This document shows positions 59,250 through 64,000 of a stretch of 64,000 bases of DNA, piece after piece. Within the stretch, counting starts at the first letter, position 1, and each line of letters begins with the position of its first letter. This stretch comes from a virus (lineage: Duplodnaviria > Caudoviricetes). The notes under the pieces are model-generated. The model was not told the DNA's origin. It was given only the letters and a program-made list of their open reading frames with translations, and did no database searches. The position numbers were made by a program, and so were the translations under genes. The DNA is taken from positions 72,047 through 136,046 of IMG/VR virus record IMGVR_UViG_3300028048_000069. The stretch is one strand, 5' to 3'.

Positions 59250-60650
59250 ATGGCAATTTATAAGGCCCCAGGCGTGCTTTTTACAGAGTATACTCAATCT
59301 ATTGGTAGTACTGCTTTTGGTTATAACAGAACTGCTATTATCGGTGTAGGTCAATCCTATATCAATGTTTCTAATTTAGAATTAATTAAATCAGAAGAAT
59401 CCGACGAAAGTGATGAAACAAGTACAGATGCAATTTTATTGCCTTCTGGTACACCTGCAGTAGCGGGTGATATTATGGAAATTGTAGGATTAGGAAATAT
59501 TCCTGGTTATTACAATTACACATTAAATACTGATTATACAATTGATGAAGATAACACAACAATTACTTGGATTGGAACTAATAAACCAGTTGCTAATTCA
59601 ACTTTTTATATCACATACAAACTAAATAAATCAGAAACTCGCGGTGATTATGACCCGAAATTGATGTTCAATCAAACACAAATTAAAGAACAATATGGAC
59701 CTGAATATTTAAATGGTGTAATTCAACCTTTAACTTTAGGTGCAGATTTAGTATTAGATGGTCAAACTTTATTAGGTGGCGGTGTATATTGTGTACAAGT
59801 TACAGAAGATACAGTTGCTGCTTATAAAGCCGCTATTGATAAATTAGATAAAATCAATGTTCAAACAGTAATCTGCTTAAAACAAGATGATTTAACATTA
59901 AGAAACTATTTAATCCAAAAGAACGAAGAAATGTCCTCTAACTTATATAAAAAATATAGAACAACTTTTATCGTTCCAAATGATGATACTTTAACACAAG
60001 ACCAAATTGTTGCTCAAAGACAAGGATTAGATAACGAAAGAATTACTTATTTTGCTAATAAAAAAGTAACAATTCAATTAACTGATGATAAAACACAAGA
60101 AACAGAAAATGTTGCATTAAGCGCAATTTATGCTTGCTGTGCTTTAAGTGGTATCGAAGGAAATCCAGAATATGGTTATAGCGAACCAATGTTAAGAAAA
60201 ACATTACCTGCTAGAGTTACTTTAGCAAATAATCAAATTATGGATCCTTCAGAAAGAAACTATTACTGCTCTAACTTCTTATCAGCAATTGATTTTAATG
60301 AAAATACAAATTTAGCATATGTATTTGACATTTATACAACTGATGATACGAATGTAATTACTGAAACTCGTTCAGTAAGAAGAGTAGTTGACTTGTTAAT
60401 GACCGACTTGGATAGACAATTAGATGTTTATATTGGTCAAAAAACACAAGCATCAGTTGCATCTTCTGCTCAAGTAAGAGTTCAATCAATTTTACAGAAC
60501 TATATTAGCGCGGAAGAAATTAAAGATTACAGAAATGTTCAAGCAAGTTATGATCCAACCAATCCTAAACAATTGAATATTTCCTTCGATATAGTGCCAC
60601 TTTTTGAAATTAAGTGGGTTCACGTTACTATCGGAAAATATATTAACTAA
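59250..60650 (+). CDS. Contractile tail sheath protein
   Basis: YKAPGV N-terminus, AIIG, SVRRVVD, YIGQK, P.FEIKWVHVT C-terminus. Confidence 0.85.
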   Translation: MAIYKAPGVLFTEYTQSIGSTAFGYNRTAIIGVGQSYINVSNLELIKSEESDESDETSTDAILLPSGTPAVAGDIMEIVGLGNIPGYYNYTLNTDYTIDEDNTTITWIGTNKPVANSTFYITYKLNKSETRGDYDPKLMFNQTQIKEQYGPEYLNGVIQPLTLGADLVLDGQTLLGGGVYCVQVTEDTVAAYKAAIDKLDKINVQTVICLKQDDLTLRNYLIQKNEEMSSNLYKKYRTTFIVPNDDTLTQDQIVAQRQGLDNERITYFANKKVTIQLTDDKTQETENVALSAIYACCALSGIEGNPEYGYSEPMLRKTLPARVTLANNQIMDPSERNYYCSNFLSAIDFNENTNLAYVFDIYTTDDTNVITETRSVRRVVDLLMTDLDRQLDVYIGQKTQASVASSAQVRVQSILQNYISAEEIKDYRNVQASYDPTNPKQLNISFDIVPLFEIKWVHVTIGKYIN

Positions 60651-60670
60651 TTAGGTTAATGGGTTATAGT

Positions 60671-60701
60671 TAAAGGGCTATCAGATAATGGTAGCCCTTT
60701 A
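60671..60701 (+). terminator. Terminator-like hairpin
   Basis: TAAAGGGCTATCA-GATAA-TGGTAGCCCTTTA. Confidence 0.75.
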
Positions 60702-60713
60702 TCATTTATATTT
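60702..60713 (+). promoter_or_regulatory. Putative late promoter TCATTTATATTT
   Basis: 23 nt upstream of the ATG at 60737. Confidence 0.7.
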
Positions 60714-60736
60714 ATATATAAATTTGAGGATAAAAG

Positions 60737-61510
60737 ATGGCAACACAAATATCTTGGACAATACCTTACAACATATTACAAGACCCTTCTTATACGGAAA
60801 TAAATATTTATAGAGGGAAAGATGAAACAGACGATTCCACCTATAAAATTATTGCTACTATTGATAGATGGGTTGATGGTGATAAAACACAAGAAATAGA
60901 TACTTATACAGATGAAGAAGGAAAACATGATGAGTATTACTATGTTCGTTATAAAAAAGATAATGGTACTTTATCCAAGATTTTATTAACAGTTTTTGAC
61001 TTAAACCCAAAAGAATTAAGATGGGTCGGACAATTAAGAAAAATGTTAGACCCTATTATTACTTCAGATATTTTACAAGATGGTACTATGAGACCTATGA
61101 CTGATACCGATTTAATGTTAGGTATCAATATGGCATTAGGTTTTTGGAATAGTTATCCTCCAACTACAGAACATCATATAAGTAATTTTCCAAAAGAATA
61201 TGAATATATGTTATTGATGTTCGCTCAATATTTTTCAATCTTAAATAAGATGTTAGGACTTGAACTTCGAGACTTCAGTTATAGTGATAATGGTTTAAGT
61301 TTAAATCAAAACTTTACTCAAGCAATACAAAATGCTTTAGCACAAATACTTGGCTTCTTAAATCCTTTATTACAAAAAACAAAAATGGAATTTTCAAGTG
61401 GCTCGGCTGCTTGGTTGGGAAGTGCTCAATATGCTATTGGTTTAAATGGCAGAATGGGGCAGTTCCCTATCGACCTATTATGTATGTTTAGAAGTTTAAG
61501 TATGAACTAA
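60737..61510 (+). CDS. Head-tail connector / neck protein with an N-terminal FN3-like segment
   Basis: ISW...IYR...Y.D...YYYVRY; N..PP.T, FSYSDNGLSL; structural context. Confidence 0.55.
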   Translation: MATQISWTIPYNILQDPSYTEINIYRGKDETDDSTYKIIATIDRWVDGDKTQEIDTYTDEEGKHDEYYYVRYKKDNGTLSKILLTVFDLNPKELRWVGQLRKMLDPIITSDILQDGTMRPMTDTDLMLGINMALGFWNSYPPTTEHHISNFPKEYEYMLLMFAQYFSILNKMLGLELRDFSYSDNGLSLNQNFTQAIQNALAQILGFLNPLLQKTKMEFSSGSAAWLGSAQYAIGLNGRMGQFPIDLLCMFRSLSMN

Positions 61511-61517
61511 TAAATTA

Positions 61518-61546
61518 TTTACATTTTTAATTAAATTTATTATAAT
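61518..61546 (+). promoter_or_regulatory. sigma70-like promoter TTTACA-N17-TATAAT; 61555 is probably leaderless
   Basis: 17 bp spacer; ATG 8 nt after the -10 box; no SD. Confidence 0.6.
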
Positions 61547-61554
61547 ATAATTAT

Positions 61555-61902
61555 ATGAAATTAATAAGAGTAATAAAATCAGAAAAGATATTAAGATGGG
61601 GTATCTCTCGCAGAGCGATAGCCAAGGTTGTTGCTAAACATTTTAAAGAAATAACCAAGGTAAATATAAATAAACTATTTACCAAAGTTGATGACCAATA
61701 TGGTACTTCAATAGAAAATATTGATGCAAAACTATTTGATGCCCAAATTCCTAAAATATATGAATGGGTAAAAAGTAGATTTGAATTAGATAAAGATGAT
61801 TATGATTATATGATTAACGACAGTGATTTTATTGATATGATAACCGATGAATTGGTAAATATGGTTGATATTGATAAAGTTAGATATGAAGAGGAACAAT
61901 AG
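61555..61902 (+). CDS. Leader-tagged protein 10
   Basis: MKLIRVIKSE. Confidence 0.6.
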   Translation: MKLIRVIKSEKILRWGISRRAIAKVVAKHFKEITKVNINKLFTKVDDQYGTSIENIDAKLFDAQIPKIYEWVKSRFELDKDDYDYMINDSDFIDMITDELVNMVDIDKVRYEEEQ

Positions 61903-61905
61903 TTT

Positions 61906-62367
61906 ATGAAATTTGTAAAAATGATAAAAGCAGATATTGAGCCTGATTTTTGGTACTACTTGGATAGAGTAGAAAACCAAATGGAAGTTTTAAGAGAAAG
62001 TAAAAGAATTAACGAAGTTGTTGATATTATATATCCATTAACAGAAGAACTAAAAAAGGCGTCTCAAGCATTATCATCAATTTTAACCAGTGATAATGCA
62101 ACTCAAAGACAAAAAACATTTAAGCAATTAGAAAAAGAGGGAATAGATGTCGAACCCATTAGACAGATTTGTACTTATGTTTGGGGTTATGGTGCTTATG
62201 ATAATAAATTTGCTAAACAATATACACCAGAAAAATGGTTAAAATATTTAGAACGGATGTTAGAACATTCTACAAATACAGAGCATAAAACAGTTGGTGA
62301 TGATATGGTAGTTACGAAATATCCAAAGGCTATTGAAAAATTAAAACAATGGATGGATAACTTATAA
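61906..62367 (+). CDS. Leader-tagged protein 11
   Basis: MKFVKMIKAD. Confidence 0.6.
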   Translation: MKFVKMIKADIEPDFWYYLDRVENQMEVLRESKRINEVVDIIYPLTEELKKASQALSSILTSDNATQRQKTFKQLEKEGIDVEPIRQICTYVWGYGAYDNKFAKQYTPEKWLKYLERMLEHSTNTEHKTVGDDMVVTKYPKAIEKLKQWMDNL

Positions 62368-62377
62368 GGAAAATAAT

Positions 62378-62875
62378 ATGGCTAAAAATGTTATTAAGAA
62401 TTTACAAGAAAAAGGTATAGATGTACAAGCAACTGTTCAAATGTTAAATAAGGCATTGGCAGACGAATATTTGGCTGCTCATCAATATTTAGCACCTATT
62501 GGATTAGCGGTTGGTAAATTAAGACCCGAAGTAGAAGAAGAATTTCAAAAGCATTATGAAGAAGAACTTAAACATGCTCAAATGCTTAAAGAAAGAATTA
62601 TTAAATTAGGTGGTATTCCTTTACAAAGTCCTGAAGAATGGTATGCTTATACAAATTGTGGATATACCAAACCTACCGATTATAACACACAAATTTTAGT
62701 AACACAAAATCTTGAAAGTGAACGTAAAGCTGAGAATGTTTATATAGGAATTATGAAGGCTTGTAAAGAAGTTGATGATATGGTTACTTATAAAATTGCT
62801 AGAAATATTCTTATCGATGAAGAAGAACACGAACAAGATTTGGAAGACTTCTTGAACGATATGGAGTTAATTTAG
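62378..62875 (+). CDS. Ferritin-like DPS-like (DpsL) protein
   Basis: LNKALADEY...QY, EEELKHA..L.ERI..LGG.P, C.Y..P, QNLESER, ILIDEEEHEQDL di-iron motifs. Confidence 0.85.
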   Translation: MAKNVIKNLQEKGIDVQATVQMLNKALADEYLAAHQYLAPIGLAVGKLRPEVEEEFQKHYEEELKHAQMLKERIIKLGGIPLQSPEEWYAYTNCGYTKPTDYNTQILVTQNLESERKAENVYIGIMKACKEVDDMVTYKIARNILIDEEEHEQDLEDFLNDMELI

Positions 62876-62877
62876 TT

Positions 62878-63399
62878 ATGAAATTCATTAGAGTTTTTAA
62901 AGCAAGTGAAAATACTGAATTATCTGTTGATGATTTTGACTTTATTCAAAGTAGTGACGGTAGATGGCATGTTCGACCATTAAATGATAAAGCAAATCAA
63001 GCAAGTTTACCATTATATGCTTTAACTGATAAAGATCGTCAAAGATCTTATAGAAAATTATTAGAATTAGTTAGAAAATATAATAATAGAGAAATTATTG
63101 AAAAAAGAAAGAAATTAATGTCTGATTTAAATAAATTATTTAAACGCAATGGATTAGAAAAAGGTTCATATACTACGACATCAGTAAGAGGTTTTCATAC
63201 AATAAGAGATAATGGTTATTATTTTGAAAAATCATTTGAGCCAAGTGCTTTTGATATTAAATTAACTTGGCATAATGGCAACGAAGAATATTCAAATAAA
63301 ATAAAAAATATATTGAATTCAAAAAATATTAAATATACAGAAAAATTAGGCGATATTCATATCGATTTAAATGATCAAAGTGATATGGAGATTATATAA
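62878..63399 (+). CDS. Leader-tagged protein 12
   Basis: MKFIRVFKASE. Confidence 0.6.
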   Translation: MKFIRVFKASENTELSVDDFDFIQSSDGRWHVRPLNDKANQASLPLYALTDKDRQRSYRKLLELVRKYNNREIIEKRKKLMSDLNKLFKRNGLEKGSYTTTSVRGFHTIRDNGYYFEKSFEPSAFDIKLTWHNGNEEYSNKIKNILNSKNIKYTEKLGDIHIDLNDQSDMEII

Positions 63400-63815
63400 T
63401 GAAATTAATTAGATTATTAAAAGCAAATAATAATAGATATACAATTTGGTTAGAAGGTCTTAATGGTTTAGTTGAAGAGATAGAGGCAGAAAATCTAACT
63501 GAACAGCAAGTAATAGATTGGACAAAACGTTATCTATATGATTATTGGCGTGATTGTAGAAAGGATTGTAAAAGAGGAGAAAAATTTACCTATTTATCGG
63601 CAGAAGTAAATAATTTAGAAGATGCAAAAATGGTATTAAAAGAAATAGCAGGAATGTGTTTATCATATTCAGATGATTTAGATACAGTATTAAATGATAC
63701 ATATAATTCAACAGAAGATATTGTAGAATATGTAGATAAAAAACCAGAACTTGGTATTGGCGAAATTGATACAGAAAATTGGACAGATGAAGATTGGATG
63801 AGAACAGGCCAATAA
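63399..63815 (+). CDS. Leader-tagged protein 13 (acidic)
   Basis: MKLIRLLKAN. Confidence 0.6.
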   Translation: MKLIRLLKANNNRYTIWLEGLNGLVEEIEAENLTEQQVIDWTKRYLYDYWRDCRKDCKRGEKFTYLSAEVNNLEDAKMVLKEIAGMCLSYSDDLDTVLNDTYNSTEDIVEYVDKKPELGIGEIDTENWTDEDWMRTGQ

Positions 63816-63831
63816 AATAGGAGATTTAATT

Positions 63832-64000
63832 ATGGCATTTGCTAAAAAAGGAAAAGCTAATAAAGCTGAAAATAAAATAGAAGTAATTAAAGAAGATAAA
63901 AAGATTACTGCTTCTTTAGAAGAAAAGATTTTATGTCCTCATTGCAAACAAGTAATCGGGACAAAATTAGGTGAAATTTTTCAAATATTAGACCAAAGAT
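63832..64000 (+). CDS. Partial ORF running off the window
   Basis: AGGAG SD; MAFAKKGKANKAENK...KKITASLEEKILCPHCKQ. Confidence 0.55.
   Translation, partial: MAFAKKGKANKAENKIEVIKEDKKITASLEEKILCPHCKQVIGTKLGEIFQILDQR

Noticed and set aside
1-64000. Minus-strand ORFs in the six-frame track (e.g. 5597-6019, 7783-8181, 56117-56596) and short alternative-frame + ORFs (25739, 54310)
   Set aside because: They are shadows of well-supported + strand genes, with no motifs or ribosome-binding sites.
1-64000. Stop-codon reassignment, as in some large gut phages
   Set aside because: Conserved genes are full length in the standard code, coding density is high, and TAA, TAG and TGA all end genes.
1-64000. 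tRNA or rRNA genes
   Set aside because: No cloverleaf or T-loop signature was noticed in the short intergenic gaps; a tRNAscan-SE run would be needed to exclude them formally.

Overview
64 kb of an AT-rich, large contractile-tailed dsDNA phage genome (myovirus-like). Every credible gene is on the + strand and uses the standard genetic code. 1-12 kb is a replication/recombination module: end of a DNA methyltransferase, Holliday-junction resolvase, a bacterial-type clamp loader (gamma, delta-prime, delta), a sigma-like factor, SSB, a family-A DNA polymerase, a beta-type sliding clamp, a Cas4-like nuclease, RecA and ThyX. 12-32 kb is an accessory region of small ORFs behind sigma70-like promoters (dUTPase, ligase, phosphatases, thioredoxin, MTase, DEDDh exonuclease, Lar-like and Cys-rich proteins). 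32-64 kb is the late region: tail fibres/adhesins, lysis-type membrane proteins, prohead protease, scaffold, decoration protein, major capsid, tail tube, sheath, neck and a DpsL ferritin-like protein. It is punctuated by 11 copies of a putative late-promoter motif, (T/A)CATTTATATTT. The strongest novel signal is a set of 13 otherwise unrelated small proteins in three late clusters that all start with the same 7-10 residue leader, MK[FL]-x(2-5)-K-[ASG]. Related K-x-[AS] or x-A-S words recur in the protease, the scaffold and the capsid N-terminus, and between domains of one cargo protein. My inference is a capsid-targeting and protease-cleavage address for a large, swappable set of packaged or injected proteins, analogous to the T4 internal-protein targeting sequence but with different chemistry. 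All calls come from reading motifs by eye; no database search was run.
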